64,000 nucleotides of DNA from an uncultured Bacilli bacterium (GCA_934130545.1 CAKOYD010000001.1:138343-202342), one strand, 5' to 3'. Shown: positions 27,165 through 38,291, counted from the stretch's first letter. Made by a program: numbers and translations. Notes: generated from the sequence alone by a model not told the origin.

Positions 27165-28423
27165 TATTTATTCTCCTTAGCTTTCTTTACAAATTCTTTA
27201 ACATTTATCTTGGCTGGGCAAACATAACTGCACATCCCACATTCAATACATTTATTAGCATGTAATTTTTCTAACACTCTTTGATTATTTACATTATGCA
27301 TAATAACTACTGGTAAAATATTAACCGGACAATTTTTTATGCATTTGCCGCACTTGATACATTTTGTTGGTGGTTCAATATTATTAGGAATAACAGTTAT
27401 GCCACATAAATTTTTGGTAATTACTAATTCATCTGAGGGAAGGCTTTTTCCGGATAGAGGTCCTCCGGCAATGAATAAATAGTCTTTTTTCTTTTTAGTG
27501 TATCCTCCAAGAGATGATATTAATTCACTTGTCAATGTACCTATTTTTACTTTAACATTTACTTTGTTAGCACATCCATCTCCGTTAATTGTAATTACTC
27601 TTTCTGTTAGTGGCCTATTATATTTTAATAATTCATATATAGCATATATTGTTTCAACGTTTTCAACAACAATATTTTTTTCAATAGGATATTTATTATA
27701 TTCTACATTACATATTGTTTTAACTAAATATCTCTCCCAGCCACTTGGATAAGCATCAGCAATACCATATAATTTGATGTTGGGATAACTATTTATATAT
27801 TTTAAATATTTGTTAATTACTTTGTCATTATTTTCTTTAACTGCAATATAACACTTGCTAATTTTTAATATCTCCATCATTGCATCAATAGTTTCTAATA
27901 GTTCTTCACATTTTTGATACATGACAGCATTGTCAGAACTTAGATATGGTTCACATTCAATACCATTTACTATTAGATAATTAATATCATTTTTACTAGT
28001 ATATTTTAAAATAGTTGGATAGTCATTACCACTTAGGCCTACTATACCTGAATTATTTAACATATAAAGAAATTCTTTTTTATTATATAGTGATATATTT
28101 CTTTTAGCACCTACTCTATCTTTATATTTTTCTTTATAGTCGTTTTCAATAACAAGACATGGGACTTTTTTCCCCGTATCTATCATCATATCTTTAATGT
28201 CTACTAAATAACCACTTACTGATGAGTGAATTGGAAAATCTATTGTCGTATTAATGGCTACTACTTCACCTTTGTAAATATAATCTCCGATGTTAACAAG
28301 TGGTCGATAAGTTATTTGCATTTTACTTTCTAGAGGTATATATACAATTATTGGCTTTAAATAACTTTCTATTTTTTTAGTACAACTTATTTTACTACTA
28401 TTTATATCTATCATAACTAACAC
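27164..28423 (-). CDS. RnfC/NqrA-like Fe-S oxidoreductase with two 4Fe-4S ferredoxin motifs
   Basis: N-terminal barrel-sandwich/SLBB-like region, then CIKCGKCIKNCP and CIECGMCSYVCP. Confidence 0.55.
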   Translation of the reverse strand: MLVMIDINSSKISCTKKIESYLKPIIVYIPLESKMQITYRPLVNIGDYIYKGEVVAINTTIDFPIHSSVSGYLVDIKDMMIDTGKKVPCLVIENDYKEKYKDRVGAKRNISLYNKKEFLYMLNNSGIVGLSGNDYPTILKYTSKNDINYLIVNGIECEPYLSSDNAVMYQKCEELLETIDAMMEILKISKCYIAVKENNDKVINKYLKYINSYPNIKLYGIADAYPSGWERYLVKTICNVEYNKYPIEKNIVVENVETIYAIYELLKYNRPLTERVITINGDGCANKVNVKVKIGTLTSELISSLGGYTKKKKDYLFIAGGPLSGKSLPSDELVITKNLCGITVIPNNIEPPTKCIKCGKCIKNCPVNILPVVIMHNVNNQRVLEKLHANKCIECGMCSYVCPAKINVKEFVKKAKENK

Positions 28424-28498
28424 CTAGTTTAATTATACATTATTTTTTGCTATAAATAAAGAATTATAATAAAAAGAAGAAAGCAATTTTTCTTCTTA

Positions 28499-29500
28499 CT
28501 AATTGTCTTGTGATAAATCTTTTCTTGATAATCCCATTTTAATTTTCATAAATTCATATTTTTCTTTAGCTAATTCTCGTGATTTAGATATTCCGTTATC
28601 TAATATTTCATTAAATTCATCACTATTTAATATTTGGTTATATCTTTCTTGTATTTGTCTGATATGGTTAGATGTTATATCTGCTACAAACTTTTTAAAT
28701 TCGCCATAACCTTTGCCGACAAACTGTTCTTCTAATTCTTTTACTGTTTTACCACTTATTAATGAAGCGATATTTAATAAATTAGAAATACCTGGTTTAT
28801 TTTCTTCATCATATTTTATAGTATTATCACTGTCTGTTGTTGCACGCATAATTTTTTTAGATATTTCTTCCGGAGAATCAAACATACTAATTACTCCTTG
28901 AGGATTTTCTTCAGATTTACTCATTTTTTTAGTTGGATCTTTTAAATCTTTTATTTTTGTACCTCCAACACTTACTAAAGGCTCAGGTAGGGTAAATGTT
29001 TGTCCATACTTGTTGTTAAATCTTTCAGCGATATCTCTAGCTAATTCAACATGTTGTTTTTGATCGATTCCAACGGGGACATAGTCGGCATCTAAGTATA
29101 GAATATCTGCAGCCATTAATATTGGATAAGTCATTAAACCAATTGTAAAATTTTTATTTTGTTTACTCTTTTCTTTGAATTGGATCATTCTAGTGGCTTC
29201 GCCATGATAAGTCGTACATTCTAATAACCATGAAATACATGGGATATATTCATTTTCTGATTGGATATAAATAGTATTTTTATTTGGATCTACGCCACAA
29301 GCTATATACATAGCAATAAATCTTCTAATTCTATTATTTAATTCAGTTGGATCTTGAGGTATTGTTAAAGCATGTAAGTCTGCAACAAATAAGTATGATT
29401 CATAGTCATCTTGCATTTCAACCATTTGTTTTATAGCACCTAGATAATTTCCTAGGGTTAATTCACCAGTTGGTTTTAGTCCTGTTAATATTTTTTTCAT
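28499..29500 (-). CDS. trpS: tryptophan--tRNA ligase
   Basis: Class I aaRS: TGELTLGNY (HIGH-like) and KMSKSE. Confidence 0.9.
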   Translation of the reverse strand: MKKILTGLKPTGELTLGNYLGAIKQMVEMQDDYESYLFVADLHALTIPQDPTELNNRIRRFIAMYIACGVDPNKNTIYIQSENEYIPCISWLLECTTYHGEATRMIQFKEKSKQNKNFTIGLMTYPILMAADILYLDADYVPVGIDQKQHVELARDIAERFNNKYGQTFTLPEPLVSVGGTKIKDLKDPTKKMSKSEENPQGVISMFDSPEEISKKIMRATTDSDNTIKYDEENKPGISNLLNIASLISGKTVKELEEQFVGKGYGEFKKFVADITSNHIRQIQERYNQILNSDEFNEILDNGISKSRELAKEKYEFMKIKMGLSRKDLSQDN

Positions 29501-29636
29501 TTATTTTCCTTCTTTCTTATTATTTATTTTATATTAGTATTAAAATAATAAGCACCATCGTTTTACTAGTTTTATCATACTTTTCACTCCTTGTTTAGTT
29601 AATTATATACTAATTTTAGCATATTGTAAATAATTG

Positions 29637-30725
29637 TTATTTATAATTATATTTACTTATATTTAATAAAATGCTCATTCCAAGTAAGCTACTTAATAAA
29701 CTAGAGCCTCCATAAGATAAAAATGGTAGTGTAACCCCGGTAACAGGAATTAATCCTACTACAACCATAAGATTTAATATTGCTTGAAAAGATAGGCCAA
29801 AAGTTATACCAAAGGCTAAATATTTACCAAATTTATCTTCACAATTAATAGCTATTTTAAACCCTTGATAAATAATAATAGTAAATAAACTTGCAACTAT
29901 TATAACTCCTAGAAAACCTAGTTCTTCACTTATAATAGCAAAAATAAAGTCAGTTTGGGGTTCTGGTAGATAAAAATGTTTTTGGATGGAATTACCTAGT
30001 CCTAGGCCTAATAAGCCTCCTGGTCCTATAGCATATAGTGATTGAATAATTTGAAAGCCACTTCCTAAGGGATCAGTCCATGGGTTTAAGAATGATAATA
30101 TTCTTAGTAAACGATACGGAGCAATTATTATTAGTACAACTACTCCTACTAAACCTACTAAGCCTATTTTAATAAAGAATGATAGTTTAACACCGCTTAC
30201 AAATAATAAAGCTACAATAGTCATAACAATAACTACTCCTGTACCAAAGTCAGGTTCTAACATAATTAATCCAAAAACAAGCATTAATATACCTAAAATT
30301 GGTAGAATACCCTTTTTTATATCTCTAATATCTTTATCATTCTTGGCTAAATATTTAGATGTAAAAATTATTAAACTTAATTTCATAAATTCACTTGGTT
30401 GAATACCTAAACCACCAATACCAAACCAACTTCTACTACCATTTCTAACGGTACCAATACCGGGTATTAAGACTAAGATTAATAATAAAAAGCAAACACT
30501 AAAAATAATGTTTGCTTTGTTTTTGTATTGTGTATATGGTATTTTAATTATTATAGACATTATTATATATCCAATTATGAGAAAGAATCCTTGAGTTTTT
30601 AAAAACTTGTATGGATCATTAAACTTATACTCGGCCCAAACATATGATGATGAATATATCATTAGTAATCCTAGTAAGGTAATTATAATGATAGCTATTA
30701 ATAATGTATAATTAATTTTTTTCAT
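29637..30725 (-). CDS. ftsW: FtsW/RodA/SpoVE-family SEDS peptidoglycan polymerase
   Basis: 10 TM helices and SEDS motifs. Lies in the pbp2B-mraY-ftsW cluster. Confidence 0.8.
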   Translation of the reverse strand: MKKINYTLLIAIIIITLLGLLMIYSSSYVWAEYKFNDPYKFLKTQGFFLIIGYIIMSIIIKIPYTQYKNKANIIFSVCFLLLILVLIPGIGTVRNGSRSWFGIGGLGIQPSEFMKLSLIIFTSKYLAKNDKDIRDIKKGILPILGILMLVFGLIMLEPDFGTGVVIVMTIVALLFVSGVKLSFFIKIGLVGLVGVVVLIIIAPYRLLRILSFLNPWTDPLGSGFQIIQSLYAIGPGGLLGLGLGNSIQKHFYLPEPQTDFIFAIISEELGFLGVIIVASLFTIIIYQGFKIAINCEDKFGKYLAFGITFGLSFQAILNLMVVVGLIPVTGVTLPFLSYGGSSLLSSLLGMSILLNISKYNYK

Positions 30726-30734
30726 ATTCCCCCT

Positions 30735-31730
30735 CTATATCCATACTCCATAGATAAGTGCTAATAAGCATAATATTAATTCTACTACCCAAAATAGTTT
30801 AACAATATCCCATTCACTCCAACCTAATCTTTCAAAATGGTGATGGATTGGGGTCATAATAAATACTTTCTTTTTGAATACTACTACTGAGAATATTTGA
30901 ATTATAACTGTTAGAGTTTCAATAACAAATACTCCGCCAATAACCGCTAAAGATAGTTCATGCGATGTTAATATAGCGATAGTTGCTAGGGTTGCTCCTA
31001 AAGTTAAACTCCCGGTATCACCCATAAATACTTTAGCAGGGTTTGTATTATATAGTAAGAAACCAATTAAAGCTCCTACTAAGATGAAACAAAATATTCC
31101 CATTTCTTGGTAGCCATCTATCCATTTACTTCCCCAAGCAATTAAACCAATGGCAAGAAAGGCAATTACTGATGTTCCAGCGGCTAATCCATCGAGCCCA
31201 TCTGTTAAGTTTACAGCATTTGATGAACCAACTAATAAGAATAGAATAAATATGCCATAGAACCAATCTAATTTCCATTTAATATGTAATAGTGATATTT
31301 CTAAGATTGAATCATTATTAGTATATTGTCTAAATAATATATAGAATATTAAGGCAACAATAAATTGTAAGAATAACTTTTGAAATTGAGTTAAACCTTT
31401 ATTGGTATTATTTTTTATACTAATATAATCATCGAGAAATCCAATAGCACCATATGATAAAAAGACAAATAAGACAATAAATAAATTCATTGAAAATTGT
31501 ATTTTATCAGTAAGTAATAGTATTACCACCGTAATAATCGTTGGAATTATAAATATTAATCCTCCCATAGTAGGAGTGCCCGCTTTATTTTTATGGGCTT
31601 CAACATATATGTTAATTCTTTGTCTTATCTTTATTTTTTTTAGTATGGGAATAAATATTAGACCCATGGCAGCGGCTAATAGAAAGCCAATCATTAATGC
31701 AAATAAAGATTTTGTTAATACTAACATCAT
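30735..31730 (-). CDS. mraY: phospho-N-acetylmuramoyl-pentapeptide transferase
   Basis: NAVNLTDGLDGLAAG, MGDTGSL and HHHFE motifs. Confidence 0.9.
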   Translation of the reverse strand: MMLVLTKSLFALMIGFLLAAAMGLIFIPILKKIKIRQRINIYVEAHKNKAGTPTMGGLIFIIPTIITVVILLLTDKIQFSMNLFIVLFVFLSYGAIGFLDDYISIKNNTNKGLTQFQKLFLQFIVALIFYILFRQYTNNDSILEISLLHIKWKLDWFYGIFILFLLVGSSNAVNLTDGLDGLAAGTSVIAFLAIGLIAWGSKWIDGYQEMGIFCFILVGALIGFLLYNTNPAKVFMGDTGSLTLGATLATIAILTSHELSLAVIGGVFVIETLTVIIQIFSVVVFKKKVFIMTPIHHHFERLGWSEWDIVKLFWVVELILCLLALIYGVWI

Positions 31731-31830
31731 CCCACATCCGTTTCTTAATATAATTATAGCATACTTTACTATAAATTATTAATGTATTTATATACTTTAC
31801 ATTATTTTTGTCAAATGAATAAATTACTTA

Positions 31831-33738
31831 TTAATTACCTAGAAGTAGTCTAATAGTTGAATTTTGTGGTAAAGATGTGCCGGCTGCTGGTGATTGAGCA
31901 AGTACTTTATCTCCAATACCAGTATATTCAACTTGGAAGTTTTTTAGTAATTTTGTGGCATCTTTGACAGTTAATCCTTCAACATTTTCTACTTTATAAT
32001 ATTTTACATCGTACCATTGATATATTTTGTCTAATCCTTCCTTGCTTTTTTCAATATTTAAGGCAGAGATTGCATCGGTTAAAATACTTTTAGCAATGGG
32101 TGCAGCAACAGTACCTCCATATTGAGTAACACCTTTAGGATTATCAATGGCAACATAAACAACTACTTGTGGGTTATCTGCTGGTAGAAAGCCAATAAAT
32201 GAAACGATATAATTTCCGGACATGTATACGCCATTTTTTACTTTTTGAGCAGTACCAGTCTTTCCTCCAACACGATAGCCGTCAATATAGGCATTTCTTC
32301 CTGTTCCATAGGCAACAACGGTTTCTAGAGCATTTCTAACTTGAGCACTTGAGTCAGCACTAATTACTTGGCTAACTTTTTGTGGATGGTTTTCTTTAAT
32401 TATTTCGTTAGTGTTTGGTTCGACAATGCTTTTTACTATGTATGGCTTGTATAATGTTCCACCATTAATGGCTGCAGATACGGCGGTGATTTGTTGGATA
32501 GCAGTGACACTTACTCCTTGGCCAAAGGCAGTAGTTGCTAATTCAACAGGCCCTACTTTACTTAGAGGAAACAAGATTCCGGTGGCTTCGCCATTTAAAT
32601 CAATACCAGTTTTTTTACCAAAGCCAAATTTGTTAATATATGAGAATAATTTTTCTTTACCTAAGCGGTTGCCTAGTTCAACAAATCCGGTGTTGCAACT
32701 GTTCTGAATTACTTGCAGGAAGGTTTGCGCTCCGTGTCCACCATGTTTCCAGCATTTAATTCTAGCTCCGTCGACATTGACACTACCACTATCGTAGAAG
32801 GTATCATTTAGTAAATCAACTGTGTGTTCTTCGAGTGAGGAAGCGACAGTTATTATTTTAAAAGTTGATCCTGGTTCATAACTGGCCCATATAGCTAGAT
32901 TTCTATTTATTTCTTCAATACTATAATCTTGATAATTAGATGGTGAGAATGATGGTTTTGAGGCAATACCAAGTATTTCTCCGGTATTAGGGTTCATGGC
33001 AATAGCCCAACTTCCATCAGCATTATACTTAGTCATAGCATTATCTAATTCTCTTTCAATTGATTCTTGAATATCAAAATTAACAGTTAGGTATAGATTC
33101 ATACCATTAGCTGGTTGTTCATAAACACTAGATATATTTAATTTTTGCCCTTTAGCGTCTGAATAGTACTTTATAGCGCCTGACTCGCCGGTTAAATATT
33201 TGTCATATTCTAGTTCAAGACCACTTAATCCTTGATTATCAATACCAACATAACCAATTGAATGTGCTAATAGACTATCATATGGATAATATCTTTTAGC
33301 TTCTTTTAAAAGATAGACTCCTTCGTAATTAAGTTTAGCAATGGCATCCGCTACTTCATAGGATAATTGTCTTCCTTCGGGATGAACTCTTTCTATTGAT
33401 GATTTCTTATATAAGTGTTCATCGATTACTTTTCGATCTACTCCTAAGATTTTAGAGATATTAATTGATACTTCTTCTTTATTTTTTATTTGATTAGGTA
33501 TAAAAACTAAGGATACAGTAGTTAAATTATCAGCAACAGTTATGTTATCTGATGTTATTATTTTTCCTCTTTCAGCACCTATTTCCAAGTTTCTACTCCA
33601 TAAAGAAGTTGCTAGACTATTTAATTTATCATAACTTATTACTTGAATATAGAAAACTTTACCTATTATTAGAACAAAGCATAAGATTATTACTATTAAT
33701 ATTATTCTTATACGTTTATGAATATTTTTTGTAAACAT
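31831..33738 (-). CDS. class B penicillin-binding protein (PBP2B/FtsI-like) with C-terminal PASTA
   Basis: N-terminal TM, dimerisation domain, and transpeptidase SxxK (STFK), SCN and KTGTA motifs. Confidence 0.85.
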   Translation of the reverse strand: MFTKNIHKRIRIILIVIILCFVLIIGKVFYIQVISYDKLNSLATSLWSRNLEIGAERGKIITSDNITVADNLTTVSLVFIPNQIKNKEEVSINISKILGVDRKVIDEHLYKKSSIERVHPEGRQLSYEVADAIAKLNYEGVYLLKEAKRYYPYDSLLAHSIGYVGIDNQGLSGLELEYDKYLTGESGAIKYYSDAKGQKLNISSVYEQPANGMNLYLTVNFDIQESIERELDNAMTKYNADGSWAIAMNPNTGEILGIASKPSFSPSNYQDYSIEEINRNLAIWASYEPGSTFKIITVASSLEEHTVDLLNDTFYDSGSVNVDGARIKCWKHGGHGAQTFLQVIQNSCNTGFVELGNRLGKEKLFSYINKFGFGKKTGIDLNGEATGILFPLSKVGPVELATTAFGQGVSVTAIQQITAVSAAINGGTLYKPYIVKSIVEPNTNEIIKENHPQKVSQVISADSSAQVRNALETVVAYGTGRNAYIDGYRVGGKTGTAQKVKNGVYMSGNYIVSFIGFLPADNPQVVVYVAIDNPKGVTQYGGTVAAPIAKSILTDAISALNIEKSKEGLDKIYQWYDVKYYKVENVEGLTVKDATKLLKNFQVEYTGIGDKVLAQSPAAGTSLPQNSTIRLLLGN

Positions 33739-33838
33739 ATTTTTTCACCTATTAAATAATATTCAAGTAAATAAAAAAAAGAAGATATGTTAACAATTAA
33801 AAAACTGATTACAGTGTGTCCTAATAACCAGTTTATAA

Positions 33839-35032
33839 TTATACTTTATTATATTTTTTATAATAAATAATACTTGCATATAAAGATACTACCATAAATA
33901 GAATGATAAACGCTATTGATAATGGCCCAGCAGTATTAGGGTTTTGACTAGATGTTGACGAGTTACTTGATGACGTTGAAGAACTTGCTGGTACACTTCT
34001 GTTAATTGTAATTTTGAATGTTGTTTCTTTATCTTCATCACCTAGTACTATTAATTCGAATGTGTTACTTCCAACATTTAATTGGACATCTCTTGGTCCA
34101 TAGCCATCTTTAAACTTAGCATTACTATCTTTTAATTCGACAAGTATTTTTGTACTAGAAACATTGTTATCAACGTTAATAGTATATTCTTTAACACTAG
34201 TTTTTAATTCAATGTTAGTACCGTTTACTTCTAATTTGGATAGTTCAGTATTTATAGTTGTTGATGGTTCATCACCGTCATCTTTAATAACATTCAAAGT
34301 ATATGTCTTAGTCTCGCCATTATTTTCAACAATAATAGAAATAATAGTCTCCTTATCATTTATAGTTAATGTTTTATTTTTTTCTTCACCGTTTACTATT
34401 ATTTTAACAGTGGCATTGCTATCTGCTGGAGTAGCATTTATTGTTAAACTATTTTGATCTTTTTCTAATGCAACATTATATCTTAGATTATCACTAGTAA
34501 AGGATGGTGAAATGTTTACAGGACTAGTTGATAATTCTTGTAAGTTAGTATTATATTGCTTTTTGGAAATAGTTGTTGATATATCATTTGCAGTATATGG
34601 ATTGTCTTTATTACTATCTCCATAGCATGTTATGTTTGATATAGTGACTGTAGTCGTATCAGTGATATTAGCACTAATATTAATTAATTTAGTCGTTTCT
34701 GGTAATGAACTAATTGGACTACTAGATGTAGAGATTGTTATGTTTTCGGCATCTGATGAAGTAACTGTCCAATTCTCTAAAGTACTTGTTCTTTCTTGAT
34801 TAGTAAGTTCGTTAGTAGTAGTCATTTTAAAACTACATGTTTTTATATCTCCTTTAGTATTATTAAAATTACTAATAGATATAACGATTGATGCCTTTTC
34901 ATTTGTACCTATTTCGTTTGGTGCAGACATGATAAATGTTAAGTCACTATCCGCTTTGACAGTACTGGTAAATGACATTAGCATAATTATTAATATTAAT
35001 ACTTTCTTCATAATATCGCCACCTATTTTCAT
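33839..35032 (-). CDS. cell-surface protein with two cadherin-like beta-sandwich domains and a C-terminal sorting signal (NPNTAG + hydrophobic + KKYNKV)
   Basis: Signal peptide, two LS.L.V...Y.V.V-type cadherin-like repeats, a Ser-rich linker, and a sortase-type tripartite C-terminus with a non-LPXTG motif. Confidence 0.6.
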   Translation of the reverse strand: MKIGGDIMKKVLILIIMLMSFTSTVKADSDLTFIMSAPNEIGTNEKASIVISISNFNNTKGDIKTCSFKMTTTNELTNQERTSTLENWTVTSSDAENITISTSSSPISSLPETTKLINISANITDTTTVTISNITCYGDSNKDNPYTANDISTTISKKQYNTNLQELSTSPVNISPSFTSDNLRYNVALEKDQNSLTINATPADSNATVKIIVNGEEKNKTLTINDKETIISIIVENNGETKTYTLNVIKDDGDEPSTTINTELSKLEVNGTNIELKTSVKEYTINVDNNVSSTKILVELKDSNAKFKDGYGPRDVQLNVGSNTFELIVLGDEDKETTFKITINRSVPASSSTSSSNSSTSSQNPNTAGPLSIAFIILFMVVSLYASIIYYKKYNKV

Positions 35033-35201
35033 ATCAATTATAACAATAAAATTATGAATAGTAAATACTTTAAAAATATTTTTACTAAAAATTGTAGGCT
35101 TTATGATGTAAATAAATGCATACTACTATTCAACCTTATATTTTATAATACCTGAAAATAAAAAAAGAATCTAGACATTGCTAAATTCTTAGTGTGTTCT
35201 A

Positions 35202-36095
35202 TTAACTCCATAGGTTACTTGGATATGTACCATTTTGTACTAAATCATTAATTGATTTTACTAGTTGTTCTTTATCTTCTTTATATGTTATTCCGTACCA
35301 TCTGGCAGTGGTTTTTAAAACGTCTACTTCTACCATACCTTTTTTAATTTGTTCAAAGACAATGTCTGGTATTAGGTACTCACATTTATCGATGTTATCT
35401 TTATTTTTCTCTAGGAAATCAGGAAAATGTTCTTCTAGATAATCAAATATTTTTGGTGTGAATGCAAACATATTCATTGATACTGGTGTGTCGTCATCAA
35501 TTTCAAAAGATTCTTCACCATTTAGTGGTGTTGCGATAATTTGATTACCTTTTCTTTCTACTAAACTTTCAGTAAGTTTTTCTAAGTGATTATCTTTTAT
35601 TTGACATATACCTCTTTTTACTGAGCCATTATCAGTAAGAGTGTTGCTAGCAATATATCCAACCATAGCATAGTTATCATTAGTTTTATTTTTTAAATAA
35701 GTACTTATTGTTTTATAAGCATCATAACCATAGAAATCATCTGAATTTATTATTGCAAAGTTTTCTTTAACAACATCTTTGCAACATAGTATGGCATGTG
35801 CTGTACCCCACGGTTTTACTCTAGTGTCTGGCACTTGATAGCCTTCTGGTAAGTTGTCTAGTTCTTGAAAAACATATTCTACTTTAATCTTACTTTCTAT
35901 TCTACTACCTACTGTTTCTCTAAAAATGTCATAATTTTCTTTTTTTATGATAAATACTACTTTATCAAAGCCACATTTTATGGCATCATAAATGGAATAA
36001 TCAATAATGAAATTCCCGTTATTGTCTATTGGCTCAATTTGTTTTAAGCCTCCAAATCTACTGCCCATCCCTGCTGCCATTATTACTAATGTCAT
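35202..36095 (-). CDS. sugar-phosphate nucleotidyltransferase (NTP_transferase family)
   Basis: MAAGMGSRFGG nucleotide-binding loop and KPWGTAHAI. Confidence 0.5.
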   Translation of the reverse strand: MTLVIMAAGMGSRFGGLKQIEPIDNNGNFIIDYSIYDAIKCGFDKVVFIIKKENYDIFRETVGSRIESKIKVEYVFQELDNLPEGYQVPDTRVKPWGTAHAILCCKDVVKENFAIINSDDFYGYDAYKTISTYLKNKTNDNYAMVGYIASNTLTDNGSVKRGICQIKDNHLEKLTESLVERKGNQIIATPLNGEESFEIDDDTPVSMNMFAFTPKIFDYLEEHFPDFLEKNKDNIDKCEYLIPDIVFEQIKKGMVEVDVLKTTARWYGITYKEDKEQLVKSINDLVQNGTYPSNLWS

Positions 36096-36215
36096 ATAAT
36101 TCCTCCTTTAGACTAATTAGTTAATTATATCTTAACATATTATTTTTTAATTGGCAATATTCAGAATATAACATATAAATTTAAATATTACATTATAGAT
36201 AAATTATTATATGCT

Positions 36216-37291
36216 TTATCTTAAAACTAGGATTTGGCCAACACTTAGATTATTAGTTGTTAGATTATTCAATGCTTTAATATTATCAACTGTAGTGCCA
36301 TATTTTCTAGCTATTTGGTATAAGTTATCGCCTGGTTTTACAACATAAGTGGTTTCTGGTGTTGGGATTATTAACTTAGTACCGATAGTTAATATGTCTG
36401 ATGTTAGGTTATTAGCATTTTTTATATTTTGAACAGTGGTGTTGTTTTCTTTGGCTATTGAATATAGCGTGTCGCCTGATTTTACCGTGTATAGTTGGGT
36501 TTCTTCTTCTATTTTAGATGGTATTTTCAATTCTTGATTAACAGATATAAAATTATTGGTTAAGTTGTTAGCTCGTTTTAAGTCATCAACTGTTGTGTTG
36601 AATTGTTTGGCAATGCTGTAAAGGCTATCACCTGGTCTTACTCGGTAGGTATTTGAAGTGGTTGTTCCAGTTGGTACTATTAGGATTTGGCCAATACTTA
36701 GAGTATTACTTGTAAGGTCGTTTAAAGATTTTATGTTGTCGACTGTAGTGTTAAAGTTATTGGCTATTGTATATAGAGTATCGCCTCTTTTAACTGTATA
36801 TAGTTGAGTGCCTTCTTCCATGCTTATCGATGTTGGTACTTGTAGTACTTGGCCGATGGTTAGTGTGTTATTTGTTAGGTTATTGAGTCTTTTTAGCGTA
36901 TCAACAGTTGTGTTGAATTTTTGAGCTATGGAATACAGGGTGTCACCTTTGGATACTTTGTATGTGTTTGTGGCTACTTCGTTTGGTGCAGTGTATGGAA
37001 TGCCTTTGTAGTCTAAGATGGCTTTGATGGTTGCTTCGGCTAGTTGTTGATAGTTATTTTTTAGGAATTGTAAGTCTTGTGGGTTATCTATGAAGCCGTA
37101 TTCAACGATTAACGGTTCGGTATTTCCGGTATTACGATGAATGAAATAGTAGTCTTTGCTGTTATCTGATGGTAGACGACGTTGGTAAACTTTTCGTTTG
37201 GTTTGGCCTAGGTCGCCAATGTTGTTTAGGACTTTGTTGGCTAGTGTAGAGTTGTTTCTTAGGGCGTAGATTACCTCAGCACCGGTGCCAC
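36216..37291 (-). pseudogene. N-acetylmuramoyl-L-alanine amidase (amidase_3), C-terminal part plus four LysM repeats; 5' portion separated by element D
   Basis: The minus-strand frame is open from 37304 with no start codon (GGTGAEVIYALRNN...). Four LysM repeats follow. The track ORF 36216..36821 starts at an internal Met. Confidence 0.75.
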
Positions 37292-37320
37292 CTTGTGAGT
37301 TTAGTTACCGCTAGTAAAAT
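37292..37320. repeat. element D left att arm
   Basis: See the element D entry. Confidence 0.6.
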
Positions 37321-37357
37321 TAATCGATGACTTTTATTTAGCCATCGATTAGCTATT

Positions 37358-37945
37358 TTAATTATTTGTTTGTAATTTTAAAGTTTTTACCATTCTATTT
37401 GTTAATGTTGGTTTGGCAAATTGTTCTTCTAATGTTAAAACACTGCTTTTATATCTGCTGTATGCTTTATCATAGTTTCCTTGTTCAATTTGTTCAACAC
37501 AATAATTTACTATGTTATCGTAAATATAATCATAAATAATACCAGATTTTTCTTCTTTATTAATTGTTTCAACAATTACTGGTGCTACTTCATAATAATG
37601 TTCTATATCTTCTTTTGAAACAAAATTGTCTCTAAACCATCTTAATACTGTTAATTCATAACAATTGTCATCAAATTTTTCTTGAAAATACTTCATACAA
37701 GCTGAAGTCAAATAACAACCACCAGACCCTGAACTTGTATCACTTTTATCAGGTCCATGTGTTGTAGAACTCCAAGAACCTTTATCATAGTTAATATTTA
37801 CATGAGTTGCATCATGTGGTTTATCTACTTCACCGCCATAAAAACTAATGTGATCATTACCATTTTTATCTGTGTTTACCTTTATAGTAACCCCTTTATC
37901 ATTTACATAATTTCCATACTTATCTCTATCTGCCATTATTAACAC
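37358..37945 (-). CDS. hypothetical protein (element D, att-proximal)
   Basis: ORF with GGCYLTSAC...CYELTVLRWFRDNF. No family recognised. A hairpin aatcgatgg...ccatcgatt follows its stop. Confidence 0.35.
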   Translation of the reverse strand: MLIMADRDKYGNYVNDKGVTIKVNTDKNGNDHISFYGGEVDKPHDATHVNINYDKGSWSSTTHGPDKSDTSSGSGGCYLTSACMKYFQEKFDDNCYELTVLRWFRDNFVSKEDIEHYYEVAPVIVETINKEEKSGIIYDYIYDNIVNYCVEQIEQGNYDKAYSRYKSSVLTLEEQFAKPTLTNRMVKTLKLQTNN

Positions 37946-38291
37946 CTCCCATTTTAATTTCTGACATTCTTAAAGAAATAATTGACTCTAACCACAACAA
38001 AGACCATTCAGCAAAATAAGAGCTTAAAGTTTTTGTTTCAGTATCCAAATCAATTAAATCAAATTTTATATTTTGTAATATTTCTTCATCTATAGATACC
38101 AAATTCCCTTTATTTATATATGTTGCTAAAATCGTATTAATTTCAACTAAAACTTTTTCAAAATTTTCTTTTTGCTCTTTGTATATATCTAATTGAGTTG
38201 AAGCTGTAACATAATAAATTAAATTTTTAAAAGCATAATCGATATTTTCTCTTGTTGGGTTTCCTACATTAAAAGTTTCTTCCATTAACAA
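37926..38291 (-). CDS. hypothetical protein (overlaps the start of 37358..37945)
   Basis: ORF only. Overlaps the downstream gene by 20 nt. Confidence 0.35.
   Translation of the reverse strand: MLMEETFNVGNPTRENIDYAFKNLIYYVTASTQLDIYKEQKENFEKVLVEINTILATYINKGNLVSIDEEILQNIKFDLIDLDTETKTLSSYFAEWSLLWLESIISLRMSEIKMGGVNNGR

Noticed and set aside
29501-29636. T-box leaders upstream of trpS, and at 51195-51296 upstream of hisS
   Set aside because: The intergenic regions are only ~100-135 bp, too short for a T-box riboswitch. No specifier/antiterminator arrangement is seen.
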